A DNA stretch of 64,000 nt. Source: Podarcis pityusensis. Its lineage: Eukaryota. The notes under the pieces are model-generated. The model was given only the letters and a program-made list of their open reading frames with translations. It did no database searches and was not told the DNA's origin. Below are positions 50,972 through 63,556 of this stretch, one piece after another. The translations under genes were made by a program, and so were the position numbers. The stretch lies in NCBI GenBank assembly GCA_964106645.2, contig OZ067039.1. One strand, 5' to 3'. Each line of letters opens with the position of its first letter. The stretch's first letter is position 1.

Positions 50972-51054
50972 TGCAATCCTATACAAGCCTGTCCAGAAGT
51001 AAAAGGCACTGAATTCAGTGGGCTTACTTCCAGGTGAGTGGGTATAGGATTACA
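50972..51054. mobile_element. Small palindromic hairpin MITE
   Basis: TGCAATCCTATAC...GAAGTAA..CACTGAATTCAGTG..TTACTTC...GTATAGGATTACA. Degenerate relatives occur elsewhere (e.g. ~26570-26640, ~55070-55130). Confidence 0.7.
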
Positions 51055-51182
51055 ACCTAAAATGCTTTAAATGTCTGGTCAAATAACAAAGTAATCTGGT
51101 ACTGAAAAGATTATCGTTTTGGCTTCAGTCATAGCTCTATTTCACAGTCTGTCTGTGGCAGGTGTGGTGAACTTTTGGCCCT

Positions 51183-51264
51183 CCAGATGTTGCTGAACTA
51201 CAACTCCCATCACCTCTGACCATTGGCCAAACTTGCTTGGGAGTTGTAGTTCAGCAACATCTGG
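51183..51264. mobile_element. Palindromic MITE core with perfect 27-bp inverted repeat
   Basis: CCAGATGTTGCTGAACTACAACTCCCA / TGGGAGTTGTAGTTCAGCAACATCTGG. Degenerate relatives at ~23200, 24980, 32410 and 38060. Confidence 0.8.
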
Positions 51265-54200
51265 TCTACATGGAAAGCGGTTGCGCTTATCTCATGTTTA
51301 TGGGCTTCCAAAAGGCATGCAGTTGGCCATGTGGGAAGCAGGATCCTGGGCAGCCTGAATATCATCATTGGAAAGCCTCTTTCACATAATAATGTACTCA
51401 GGGACTCAGAAAACAGCCGCACCTGTAGATCTTAAGGCACAGTTAGGTTGACTTAATAGGGAGAGGGGAAAGGGGAAAGGCATGTGTAGAACTTCCTTTC
51501 CCCTCGAATGGAAAGCAGCTTTTTAAAAAAGAAAATGCAAAATATATCATACAGATTAAAGAGTAAGGAGATGCCCAACGTGCTTTTTTAAAATTTATTT
51601 TCACCCTAGCTTTAAATTGTCCTGTTTGAGCAACTGGTCAAAAATATGACATTCTGTTGACATTCTGATAAGCCGGCTGGCAACCTTATGCATACACCCA
51701 CAGACACACAGACACACAGAAAGACACGAACACATATAAATATACACTTAAAAAAACCCCACCTATTCACATAATCAGCCCATCACCACCTTCAAATTAT
51801 GTGTGAAGTAGCATTGGGAAAGATTATATAAATTGCGTGCATTTTATATTCGTGGTTGCCTCCGAGTTCTGCCCTTTTGGATGATGTCTTGGTTTCCATA
51901 GTAACCAATGTACTTGAAGAAGGGGGGAAGGAGGAGGAGGACTAGGAAAGCACAGAAATGCTAAAAAGAGGACTGATACGTGGCAAAACACATTGGGCCT
52001 CGCATTCAGATTGCACCACAGCTGCGACACAGTGAGCATTTGACTGTGCAGGCCCACAGTTGCATTTGTGATTCCTGCATCTAGTATCTGATAACTTCAT
52101 TTCAATGGTACTATGTGGAATCATATAAGTGGTTGCCACAATGCTTAATTAGTCTTCATTCTTTCTTTGGATTTGGGAAGGTAGACCATCTAGGAGAAGA
52201 AAACTCTGATCCTAAACCTCGGTTGCCTTCAGGGGAAGAAAAGGCTAAGCAGAAAACCCAACACAAAGTAGAGTTCCTAAGGCGGTTGGATGGTACCTTG
52301 TATAGCTCCTTCCAGCAACTCCTACAGCCAAGCTGGTGCCAAACACTTTGCTCTGCTTTCCTTTGGACCACATCAGTGAGGTCAGGAGTCTTGTTGTCTT
52401 GTGAGTCTTGTTGTCTGGGCAGCTCAGGACCTCCACACACACTGCCCAGGCTTGTGCCCTGTGGAAGTAACCCTCCTGATGTAGCAGTTTGACTTCACCC
52501 CCAGAGGTGCACTCCATTGTCACTCTCGGGACAGACGTATGCCAACACACTAAACCTTTAAGGTGCGTTCAAAACATGTTCTTTCCCTCAAAGAATTCTG
52601 GGCACTGTAGTTTACCCATCACCCAGTTACAATTCACAGCAGCCCTTAACAAACCACCTGGGTTCAAATCCCTGTTCAGTCATGAAAGCTGCTAAGCAGC
52701 CTTCAGCCAATCACGCTTTTGCACTCTAGCCTGTGAGCTTCAGGAAGGAAGATTGGGATACCAATGTCAGCATCTGCTGACAGTGTAAATAGATGGTAAG
52801 TAGCCACTCTTCCTGGGGGGGAAGGCAAGTGGGACACCCAAGCCATGCTTTGAAGTATTGTTGTGAGATCTCTATTTGATCACTGCTGGTGGGACTGTCA
52901 TGAAGGTTTTGCCTTCAGGCCTAGATGACTCCCCCCCAGAAGACTCAAAAACCCATCAGCCCTCTCAGCCCACATGGCCAATGGTCTGGGATAGCAGCGG
53001 TTATTTAGCTGTTTATTTGCTTCATTGTATTAATTGCTCCCTTAAAATGCCTCAGAGCCATTTCACAGTAGTAGAACAACAACAATTAAAAAGAATTTCA
53101 TATGTAAAAGCAATTTTGTATCTAGTGCAGATACAGGCTAGGATAAGGATCTCCACATAAAAGGCTTGTTGAAAAAGGAAGGCCTTCAGTAGGGGCTGAA
53201 AAGACAATAAAGAAGGGAGCCTCTCTGATGTGTAATGAGAGGGAGTTCCAAAGGGCAGTATGTCAACATCCGGAAGGTCACAGGTTTCCCATCACTGCCT
53301 GAAGGCAATACCTGGCCAAGGCCTCAGATGTGATAAAATAATGTGAATGGTCCTCAATGGGAGCAAAAGCCTGGAAAGTAATTGGAGAGAGCTCTGGAAT
53401 ATTCTGAATGCAGAGAGCCCTTCATTTGCAGGAGGTGACCCAAAAGGAAGAGGGCAGGTGTGTCTGAGATAACAGCAGAGGCCAGTTGGGGGATGGCAAG
53501 GAAGAAGCTTCTTAGGATGCAGGTCTCTCTCTGTGAGAGGTCTGGTGTGGGCAAACCTGCTGCCCTGGCTAGGAGTGCCATCCTATTTATCTCCTCCATA
53601 CATATTTGTGCATCCTGGAATTTAAGAGCTCACCTGGTAGATAGTGATGCCAAGAGGGATTGTGGGGTGGAAGGCAGAGAGGTCAGCAGTAGATGGAGCC
53701 AGAGCCAATAACAAGCAGAACATACTAATTCTGGTTTTGCCCCCATCCTCCTCCCTGCTAATTTTTTCAAGGGGTAACATTGAGCCTAAGGAAGACAGAG
53801 CTGACACCTCCTGGACTAGAGGTAATTAAGTAGGCTAGATGAGCAAGGACAGATTGGGACAGCACCTCGTTCTCCCTACAGGACCAGTCTCCACTGCTGG
53901 TCACCATAGGTGACCAGAAACCAAATGCAGGTGAGCACCTAAAATTCAATGCAGGCATGTGAATAGGCTGGTAGAAGAGGGATCGATCTCTCCTGCTGTC
54001 TTCTGCTAGTCCACCTGGCTTCTGTGCTAGTGACGGAGAGCCAAAGACTCCTTAACCCTGATTGACAGAGTCGGTGGCTAACCTGCTGAACAGATGGCAG
54101 GAGTTTGTGGCAAATCCAGGCAGAAGCTCAAAGGTGGACAGATTCCTGTGGCCCTTCAGTAGTTCTTGGGACTCCCAGCTCCATCATTCCCAGAGAGCAT

Positions 54201-55361
54201 GGCCAATGGTGCGGTAAATGGTAGCTGAATGCAGTGTCACAAATTGCTTCAGGATTTGAAAGGTAAAGGGACAGGAAGCATTGGCAAGTCATCCCTCCCC
54301 CACGTAAAATATTATACCTTTTTCATAAATTATGAGTAGGTCCCCTGTTGGGACTGTTTTTCTGTTAGAAACCGTGAGATGAATCATTGTATAAATTCAG
54401 CTCGCTTCTCTGACTATGCCCCTGAATATGGGAGATTTGTGAGTCAGCAAACCATCTGTGTTCTTGTGGAAAGTGGAGAATGGCTTTTTGATATGCTCTG
54501 GCTATAATGGGGTGGAGGACAATGGGTACTAATGGGCAATTGATCCATCACTGAAACATACATAGTGTTGATTGAATCTCATCACTGGGGGTGGGGGGAA
54601 TGGACCCTAAGCTTCCTTAGCTGCAGCAGCTCCAAGGTTAGCATGAACTTAAGTGCTTTCCCAAAGTGATGTTTGTCTTCCTCCTCCTTATTTCAACATC
54701 CATCCTGATAGTGCCACAACACAAACCCTTATTAGCCAATAACTGAATGCACTTGATGCACTCCGTATTGCTTAATTATCTCATGAGTGCTGTGCCCGCT
54801 CTCCTGAAGTTAAAGGGCTGGAAAGTTTTCAGTCATAGTGCCCACCCCTTTGGGCCATTTAGAAAGGATAAACTAAAAAGCAGGCAATATATATAATGCT
54901 GATCACATAATAATTGTGCGCACAGCATTAGGAAGAGCATCAGGCTCTCTATTATTAATGTACATGTCAACTCTCTTGATTACTTTTTGTTTGTTTTGTT
55001 AAGGGCACAGACTTACAGTTACATGTGCAACTCTGTTAGTAATCATTTATGTAGTGCACTGACGGTGCACTTGGGAAGTAAATGTTGTTGAGTTCAATGG
55101 GGCTTCCTCCCAACTCCAGTAAGGGTGAATAAGACTGAAGCCTTTGTGTCAGGAATGGTTAACAATGCTGATTTCAGTAAACCTCCCAAAGAAAAAAATC
55201 CTAAGAGGGAGATCCTTAGCATTCCCATTTTACACACAGAGAAGTGTGGCTGAGTGATGGTGACTTGCCCATGGCTCCCCACACTGAGAGGGGAAGGATC
55301 AGACAGCAGCACTCCTCAAGACGTTGCAGGAAAAGTATGGAATATAACTAACATCATGCAT

Positions 55362-55566
55362 AAAGGTAAAGGGACCCCTGACCGTTAGGTTCAGTTGTGT
55401 ACGACTCTGGGATTGCGACACTCATCTCGCTTTATTGGCCAAGGGAACCGGCGTACAGCTTCCGGGTCATGTGGCCAGCATGACTAAGCCACTTCTGGCT
55501 AACCAGAGCAGCGCATGGAAATGCCGTTTACCTTCCCACCGGAGCGGTACCTATTTATCTACTTGC
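55362..55566 (-). mobile_element. Sauria SINE, 3' half only
   Basis: Reverse complement of the 3' ~200 bp of the copies at 15971 and 42765. Confidence 0.9.
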
Positions 55567-58071
55567 CTTTTGTTACAGGGAGCCTTTTGTTACAGGGAGG
55601 GGCAGAACCTCAGTTTCCTATGTATTTTTATTGATTTTGGGGAGGGCAGCTGCCCCTCCCTGCCCCCCCTTGGTCATGCCCATGTCTGGCTCCAGTGTGC
55701 TCCCATTGCTGGTGTTTGCAGCTGAATACACATGATGTTAGTCACAGTCCATAAGTATATCCTATAATTTCTTGAGAAATGTTCTTCTTTGCTGCGATGC
55801 CCCTCAAACCAGCTTCCATCCGATTTTAAAATGCAAGCCACAGTTTGGCTGCGGTGCATGCAGTTCAGAAAAGCCATTGCACACGCACAAATGGCAGCTT
55901 CACTGAATAGGAGTTCCGGCAGTGGGGATCGCAGGTGCAGGGCAATAAATCAGGTGGTGTGAATCAAGAGGAGACGCTGCCACTTCCTCTCTGGTATGCA
56001 CAGCAATGTACAAAAGCAACTTGAAACACAGCAGGGGGAAATGACCTCACTGTGTTTTAAGCCGCCAGTGCGTACACAGCCTTAGACAAGGAAGGAAAAC
56101 CAACCTTAGTGCTGCAACAAATTGTTTGCTGCTAATGATATAGTGTGGGAGTGTTTTCTTTTCCATTTTCTTTTCGGCAAGAGTTCAAAGTGGAAGCCAA
56201 GAACATGAAAATCAAACTTTGATCTGGAACTGCCCCCTTTGATGTTTTCAAAGCCCTCTCGGGATGATGGTACCCGAAGCAAATCTAGCTGACACAATGA
56301 AGCCAAAGGAAGTTGTTGATTTCGTGATCTGATCTGGGTTCAAACTTGTGCTTTAAGAGCCTTGTGGGGGAAATCATACCAATGTAAAAGGCTCAAGACT
56401 TTAATTGAGGGCTCATTCATCTTTCTGCTTGTCCCATGGCTAGAAAGCATGGGTCCCAATGGTTTTCTGCTTAACCCATGCTGTTCATGTATGGGTCTGA
56501 GTGGTTCACCTCTTGCCCTGCCATTTCCCAGGGAAAATCCACTCTTTAGCTCTGAATTGGAGCAAACATCAAACTAAAGCAACCCCAAATTTCAATTTGC
56601 TCTGCCATTTTCCTGGAGGAAAGCAGCAGGATGCAAGGAAGTGGGGGTGAGTCCTGAACCAAATTGATCAAGGACACGTGTAAACAGGAACAAGCCTTGT
56701 AAATAATCCCAGAAGAGTTACTAGCCCACAACATTCTTCTTCTTCTACTTTTTTTTTCTGGCCTTCTTGGAGGATGATAGGGACGAATGGGGAGATCTGT
56801 GCCTCTTCCAGCACCACAATGTGTTTCTGTGATGGGCACGAAGGAGAAGGCTTTTTTGTTCTGGAAGCCTGCTTGGTTTCTACGCCGGGCACAGAGGAGG
56901 AACAGAGTGCCCCCCCCCCCTCTTCTGCCAGCCTGCTCACTTGCCAGGATCAAATTCAATGCATTCACCTACATGCAGTTCCTTGATGCATTTGGTGACC
57001 AGGTGAGTTCAAGCCTGTCCTTAAACATCCCTGAGCATCCATTGCAATCTCTCTCTGCATATTAAAGAATTCTCTCTGGCACTGACTGCTATAACATAAC
57101 CCAGCACTACTCCCCCCAGCCATAACTTCATTGCTTCTCACAGTAAAAAATGAACGTCCTGGGCAGCGCAGAGGTGTGATTATTTCCTTAATGAGCTCAG
57201 AAAGTGAGCTCATCGGATCACTTCAAAATGGGGTGTTGTTTGTGTGTCTCATAACTCAAAGGGCCTTTAGAGAGGAATGATAACCTGGATCATGCTGTCT
57301 ATAGAAAAACCGCAGGATCTTCCAGTTACGCAGTTATGCTGATGTCCGTAAACGGGCAGCATGATTCCTCAAAAAGTTCTGCTCCATTCATGTCTATGTC
57401 ATGGCGCCAGCGGTGCAGTTTCAAGGTCAGGCTGTCAGCCTGCAGAGCCTCCCTGCGTCTGACTAACACAAATCACTTGCTGATAAGAGAGCATGGCACT
57501 CCGCATAGCTCCCAAGCCATGTAGCAAATTAGAGGCTGGCTCTTTGGCCTCTCCAAAGCAGTGTTGTAAATCTGCACCAGTGCTAATTCAAACCATTGGC
57601 CCATCAAGCTCAGTGTGGTTGACTGACAGCGCTAGTACTTTTACAAATGGCACACAAAGTTCGTTCCGCACTTGTAAGGAATCAGCCTCTCAGCATGACA
57701 ACATCTACTGTACACTGTGGAACTCCCTGCCCATTGATAGGCTCCTATACTATTCTTTCTTATGTCTGTTAAAAACCTTTTTCATTTAGGCAGGCTTACC
57801 CAGACATGTAAAGCTGACCTGCATTTTAATATGCAAATTTTATATAATGGATTTTTTTTGAACTGCTGCTTTCATTTTGTATTTTGAATTTTTGCTTCAG
57901 CCAACTTGTCAACACCTGACTTTGACGAATAATTTAATGTATCTTTTATTTATCAAGTATTTTTATTTATTTTATTTGTTCAATTTGTATGCCACCCTTT
58001 GTGGTGTATAAAAACAAAAACATAATGCACAGCATAATATTAAAATAATCATAAAAACAGCCCCCCACCCA

Positions 58072-58083
58072 ACACACACACAC

Positions 58084-58120
<37 letters not shown>
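58072..58120. repeat. (CA)n microsatellite within a minus-strand L2-type tail
   Basis: Direct reading. Confidence 0.95.
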
Positions 58121-58121
<1 letters not shown>

Positions 58122-58211
58122 TTAATAGGCCATAGATCGTTTAATGGCTGAAGGCCTGGGTAAAGAGAAATGCTTTCACCTGGCACCTGAAGAGATGTTG
58201 ATGATGCCAGG

Positions 58212-58374
58212 CAGGGCTTTTTTTCAGCCGGAAATCAGCGGAACAGAGTTCTGGCACCTCTTTGGTGTGTTCCGGCACCTCTGTAGCATTGCGGTACTGT
58301 TCCCCTTCACAGTGCTCTGGGCTGTGCAGCGGTCAACAAGTTCTGGCACCTCTTTTTCTAGAAAAAAAGCCCTG
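58212..58374. mobile_element. hAT MITE (same ends as 7424-7549)
   Basis: TIR CAGGGCTTTTTTT...AAAAAAAGCCCTG and 8-bp flanks atgccagg/gcgccagg. Confidence 0.85.
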
Positions 58375-59381
58375 GCGCCAGGCAAGTATTTTATGCAAGC
58401 TACTTAGAGGTTTTTACAATGAAGCGATATGCAAATTTTGCTAATTTCTTTACTTAAAAGGGGGGTGGATTAGGTGCCCAAACTGGAGGTTATCCCCCTT
58501 CCTGCCACTTTATATCCTCTAGTCCAGAGCACAGACAGACAATTAGCTTCCCCTATGGTAAGCCACAGCAGTCAACACTTGGGGGAACATTATGTAAGAT
58601 GAAATTATTTCCATCCGTCTCTCAGCAACCGCTTGGGACCGATAACTACATGTGAAGGATGTTTGACTGCTTCGCAAATGGCTTCCTATTTAGACCAAAG
58701 AGAGAGAGCTAAACATACAATGAATATTATTCTTGGTAAGCAGTTCAAACACTTCTCAGCTGGCATGTTCTGTGAAACAAGGGCTCCTCGCTCTTTGGTA
58801 CGGAGCACAAAGAACCAAAACAATACATGGAAACTCAATAGCAGAGCCGCGCTGTTTCTTAAACGCTGAGGCTTGGCTGCTGCTTGTTCTTTGCTGAGAC
58901 TGTAGCTCTGTAATTTTCAGGCATTTGCCTATTGATGTTCAGCAGGACTTGGGAGGGCAAAGAAAATACGTGCCTTGTGTAGCACCCACCTGGCTCTTTC
59001 CCACAGAGAACCTCTCCGGAGAGGTGGGAAACGAGAGGTCATTGGATGTAGGATTGTTTGCTGAGAGGTTCCAAATGAGCTTGTGTTGGAGAAGCTGCCC
59101 GTCAGCCGTGCCAATAGGATTTGCTGGGTCCAGTATATTGTATGTTGGTATAATCTACCCTGGGTCCTCTGCAGCACTCGCCGAAAGCAGACGCAAATCT
59201 GCAAATAAAAAAGTGCATACACTTTCTTGTCGCATGCAAATTTGTACCCTTTTTTATTTGCAAGCGGAGTGAGCCTCCAAAAAAATCAGGGGTCACACCC
59301 AAGTAATAAGATCTGCAATGGACAGAATATCAACAGGTGAAACTCCCCCCCCCCCCAGTTGTAGATCCAGACTACAAATTG

Positions 59382-59497
59382 CATAAGATCGTAGAGTTGG
59401 AAGGGACCCTGATGATCATCTAGTACAAACCCCTGGAATGCAGGAATATGCAGCTGTCCCTTATGAGGATCGAACCTGGGACCTTGGTGTTTAATAT
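59382..59497 (-). mobile_element. CR1-tailed SINE with partial tRNA-Ile-like head
   Basis: Minus strand reads CACCAAGGTCCCAGGTTCGATCCTCATAAGGG followed by the same CR1 tail as 21077-21217. Confidence 0.7.
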
Positions 59498-59814
59498 CTG
59501 CCTGCCATGTAGCAGCTGAAGACACAAGGCTCCTGTTCTTCTCCACTGCCAACCCTAAACCATGCAAGCAACTCAACTTTCATAGGTCTTTCATCTGGTG
59601 ATCTTAGGACGGCAATGCTACATTCATTGTTGAGACCAGGTGTGTTATTTCAGATGAAAGGGGTCAAAGCAATTTAAGATTTACAGTAGTTCTGCTCAGG
59701 TGCTGATGCATAAATTGAGACTGGAATACAAATTCATTTTGTATGATCGTTTATTAATACCTCATCATAACCTTTTTTTTCTTTTTCTTTTTAAGCAAAA
59801 GGGATTTGAAAACC

Positions 59815-59940
59815 CCTTCAGCCACGAGGCTCACTTGGTGACCTTGGGCCAGTCACTGTCTCTTAGCCTGACCTACCTCATAGGGTAGTTGTGAAGACAA
59901 AATAGGAGGAGAGCCATGTACACCACCTTGAGCTCTTTGA
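59815..59940 (+). mobile_element. Partial tRNA/CORE-type SINE (family of 4806-5033)
   Basis: GCTCACTTGGTGACCTTGGGCCAGTCACTGTCTCTTAGCC...CACCTTGAGCTC. Confidence 0.75.
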
Positions 59941-60615
59941 ATAATAGCATTATCAAGAACTCATTTATGTGTCTATCAGCAGCAGCACCAACCCACTCCA
60001 GGTGGGTGGGAAAGCAGTGAATCAACTCCCCACCACCACCTTCATACTGCTGCTATAATCAACCAGCCCTCACTTGACTGCTGCATTTTCCTAGGAAACT
60101 TAACAACGCGCCAAGAGCTTGGATAACAACAGCAGCAACACTCCAGTTGGGAAACACACAGTGAACATTTCTCTTCACCCCACCTCTATCTACTCCATGC
60201 TGTAAAATCAACAGCAGCAAAACATTTAGGGAACTTGATAAATATATAAAATTAACACCTTCAACTGCATAATTTGCAATGTCGCACAGGCAAAAAAGAG
60301 GTGATGAAACACTAGAGAAACACTCCCAAACCTAGGAAAGCAGGCATCCCCCCCACTCTCCACTTTCACTTCCGTTTTTTTTACAGCAAACAAAAACCAG
60401 TTTGCCAACCATGTACGTGTGTTTGTGTGTTTTTGCAGTTTTACATTTTAAACTCACTTCCTGACTTGGTCCAGTCACCAGCTCTCTGCCAAACCTACCT
60501 CACTTGGGTGTTGTGAAGATATAGAAGAGGGTATACCGTCAAATGGCCTGATCGTTTTGTGTGTTTAGATGCATAAATCCCAACTGTATTCAAATGGGCT
60601 TGCTCCAGGTTGGTG

Positions 60616-61076
60616 TGAACAATGGACCCTCTCACACTGACTGGAGAGTATAAGGAAAGAGTGGCCATAACCCATAAAGAAAAGTGTGATGTAGAACAAG
60701 AGAACAAGGAAGAACAAGGGCTCTGGGACACTCCCAGGGCCCTCGCGCAACATTCCCAGAGCCCAGAAAGCGAGGCGGAGAGCAAGGCCTGCTCCGGAGA
60801 GGTAGGGATGATTGTGTGTGAGGGGACAGTGCTGGTTCTGGGGGTTTCCTGGCTTTACTTGTGTGTGGACCCCCGGAACCGGAACTTGTGTAACCTGTGG
60901 GCCTGCTGTACCCCACCACCACCACCAACTGTAACGGCTCAGAAATATTTCTGTTTCTACATAAAAAATGGCGAGGATCACATAGACAAAGGTGGAAGTC
61001 TTGCCTGTTCCGGGTCCTTCGTGGTCTCACCGAGAAATAGAGACTAGCCACTGTTTCTTGGCTGATTTCCAGCACA
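60616..61076. mobile_element. Candidate solo LTR (~460 bp)
   Basis: TG...CA termini with a 4-bp flanking repeat GGTG and GC-richer unique sequence. No second copy in the window. Confidence 0.35.
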
Positions 61077-61822
61077 GGTGATGATGAAGTGCAATGCCCC
61101 ACTTACACTTCCCCGTAGTTTCAATTAGTCAGATTGCTCTCCTGCTCTGTGGGGTACTAGAGCTGTTCTCATTAAACAGCTACAGCTTCCCCACTCCTAG
61201 GAAGCTCTGCCTTTTCTTGGTGTAGCTGAATACATACACATATACCTAAGGGAGCCAAAGTCTCCGGTGGTGTAAATTAGCATTGCTTCCTGTAGAGTTA
61301 GACTAGCTTACCTCAACTGGGAGGTTCTTGACCAGGGAGCCTGAATCTTAATTCTTCCCTAAGTCAACACTGCTACAAATGAAAGCTAATTACACGAAAT
61401 TATTATTGCTGTGATTCATTTGGACATTTCGCGCCAGATTTCCAAACAACGAGGCATCTCACGCTGCCCTTTTAAAAAAACAGATATGCAGGCACAGTGC
61501 TCCATTTCCTCTCAGAGTCACACTTATGTGCTCATGTCACAGGAAGCTTGCAGTGGGTATGCGGGCTCCTCGGCTTGTCGTTTTAGAAGAAAAGTTGGCA
61601 CATTCTGACTTTATTCATTTATAAGGCCTATAAACCGTTGGATCAAAAAAGCTCTCTTAAGCAGGGCACAAATAAATTGAGAGACAAAGCACAGCGTAAA
61701 TCAACAATCCAATTTATGACAAATATGCATAATAGTATCCTCATGTTTTATTTTATTTTAAAATACAAATAAGCAGAGAACCATCAGATGGCATCAACTC
61801 AGTTTTATTCAGATAAGGCCCA

Positions 61823-62420
61823 TTGTGGTGTAGTGGTTAGAGTGTTGGACCTGGGAGACAAGGGTTCAAATTTCCGCTTGGCCATGAAGTTCACTGGGTG
61901 ACCCTGGGCCTGTCACAACCTCTCAGCCTAACCTACCTCAAAAGGTTGTTGTGGGCATTCAACGAGGAGGGGGAGAACAGTTAGTTTCTGTTTGCCACTG
62001 AGCAGCTGCTTAGAGTCACAGGACTCTGTTTACATTCGAGAGCCCTTCCAGACTGTTGGAAGTCTCATGGGAGAAGGGAGACGGATGTGACGCACTGGTT
62101 TCTCTGTTCCTTTGTTCAGTTGCACTCTGCTTTCATAGAGAGAGGATGTATATTTCTTTGCTGTCTGCGTAGTAAGAAATAAAGCATAGCAATGTAGCCA
62201 TAAATCTCATCACTTCTATGTGCTGCTTTGGTAACTCTGCTGAATGGGGGAACATGCCTGAGGCCTCATCAAAGGCTCAGGTTGTTAATTATTTGTCGGA
62301 GGGAGATTCTGAAGGACTTGGCCAGAAGATGAACTTTATCAGCTTGGCCGAGCGGAGATTCCAACAAGAACTAGGTGTACCACTTTGAGTTCCTTGGAGA
62401 AAAAGGTGGGATTGAAATGC
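61823..62420 (+). mobile_element. tRNA/CORE-type SINE split by a solo LTR
   Basis: Head TGTGGTGTAGTGGTTAGAG...GGGTTCAAAT. The tail CCACTTTGAGTTCCTTGGAGAAAAAGGTGGGAT resumes after 62371. Confidence 0.85.
61979..62366 (+). mobile_element. Solo LTR (388 bp), same family as 9923-10309
   Basis: AGTTAG (TG mutated)...CCAACA termini, perfect 5-bp TSD AGAAC (61974-61978, 62367-62371), and AATAAA at ~62178. Confidence 0.9.
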
Positions 62421-62424
62421 CATA

Positions 62425-62490
62425 TAGATAGAGAGATAGATGATAGATCGATTGATAGATCGATAGATAGATCGATAGATAGATGATAGA
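62425..62490. repeat. Imperfect (GATA/GATC)n microsatellite
   Basis: Direct reading. Confidence 0.9.
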
Positions 62491-62745
62491 GTGGACCTAA
62501 CTTAGTCATGTTCTTTGATTTCAGTGGGCCTCCTCTGAGTAAAACATAGCAGAATGCTGCCCGCCATCCTTAAAAACAAAGATAAGAAGAATAAAGCTTT
62601 ACAAAGATATAAATATTTCTCCTCCTTACTTAGGTTCAAGTATTTTAGGTTTCCTTCTGAGAGCTGAACAGGGGAAACAGTGGTTGGTTGGTTTTTTTAA
62701 AAAAATCTCAGTCAAGTTTCTTTCTGCTCTTCTTGGCTTGCGCTG

Positions 62746-62929
62746 GGAGGAAACAAACTATGATCCCTGTTAGCACTGTGTCCAAACCAGAAATTGTGGA
62801 TTCTTTCCGAACCAGTTATACCCTGTAGCCAAAGTTTGTTCTTGGCTTCCTGATAGCGTTGGAGCAAAGCAAACCACAGGCCCTGTTTCGCAGGAAGCGC
62901 TAAGCCAGGGATTATGGTTTGTTTCCTCC
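62746..62929. mobile_element. Palindromic MITE-like element
   Basis: Inverted ends GGAGGAAACAAACTATGATCCCTG / CAGGGATTATGGTTTGTTTCCTCC. Confidence 0.65.
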
Positions 62930-63241
62930 ATATGCTAGCAGAGAGAAGAGAGTCAGCTCAGATAGACAAATTCAAAGGAAGCATTACTTATGATTTACTC
63001 TGTGATATGCAAACTGGGGCTCTGTCTCCAGGTGGGAGGCAAGTTTCCCCCACACTGCAGTGTTGTCCCCTGTTGCAGTATTTTAATATTTCCCTGTTGC
63101 CAAATACAGGTCACACCAGAGTGTGACAAAAAGATAAAACTTAGGGTGTGCATGCGAGTCCTGCATTAGTACGCCTCCCATTACTCACTATATAGATTCA
63201 TCTTAAAAACCTGGCTATATGTAACTGTGTCTCCATAATTT

Positions 63242-63243
<2 letters not shown>

Positions 63244-63287
<44 letters not shown>

Positions 63288-63556
63288 TTTTATTATTTGT
63301 ACCCCGCCCATCTGGCTGGGTTTCCCAGCCACTCTGGGTGGCTTCCAACAAAGATTTAAAAAACATTAAAATCTCACACATTAAAAACTTCCCTGAACAG
63401 GGCTGCCTTCAGATGTCTTCTAAATGTTAGGTAGTTGTTTATCTCTTTGACATCTGATGGGAGGGCGTTCCACAGGGTGGGTGCCACTACCGAGAAGGCC
63501 CTCTGCCTGGTTCCCTGTAGCCTTGCTTCTTGCAATGAGGGAACCGCCAGAAGGCC
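63244..63556 (-). mobile_element. L2 LINE 3' end with (TAA)n tail
   Basis: Reverse complement encodes RAFSVVAPTLWNALPSDVKEINNYLTFRRHLKAALFREVF, followed by the L2 tail and microsatellite. Confidence 0.9.

Noticed and set aside
50258-51688. Single hAT element from TAGGGTTGCCA to TGGCAACCTTA
   Set aside because: The 8-bp flanks do not match; more likely two separate end fragments.
9923-62366. One giant 52-kb element bounded by ~390-bp inverted repeats
   Set aside because: Each repeat has its own distinct 5-bp TSD and sits inside a different host repeat, so they are independent solo LTRs.
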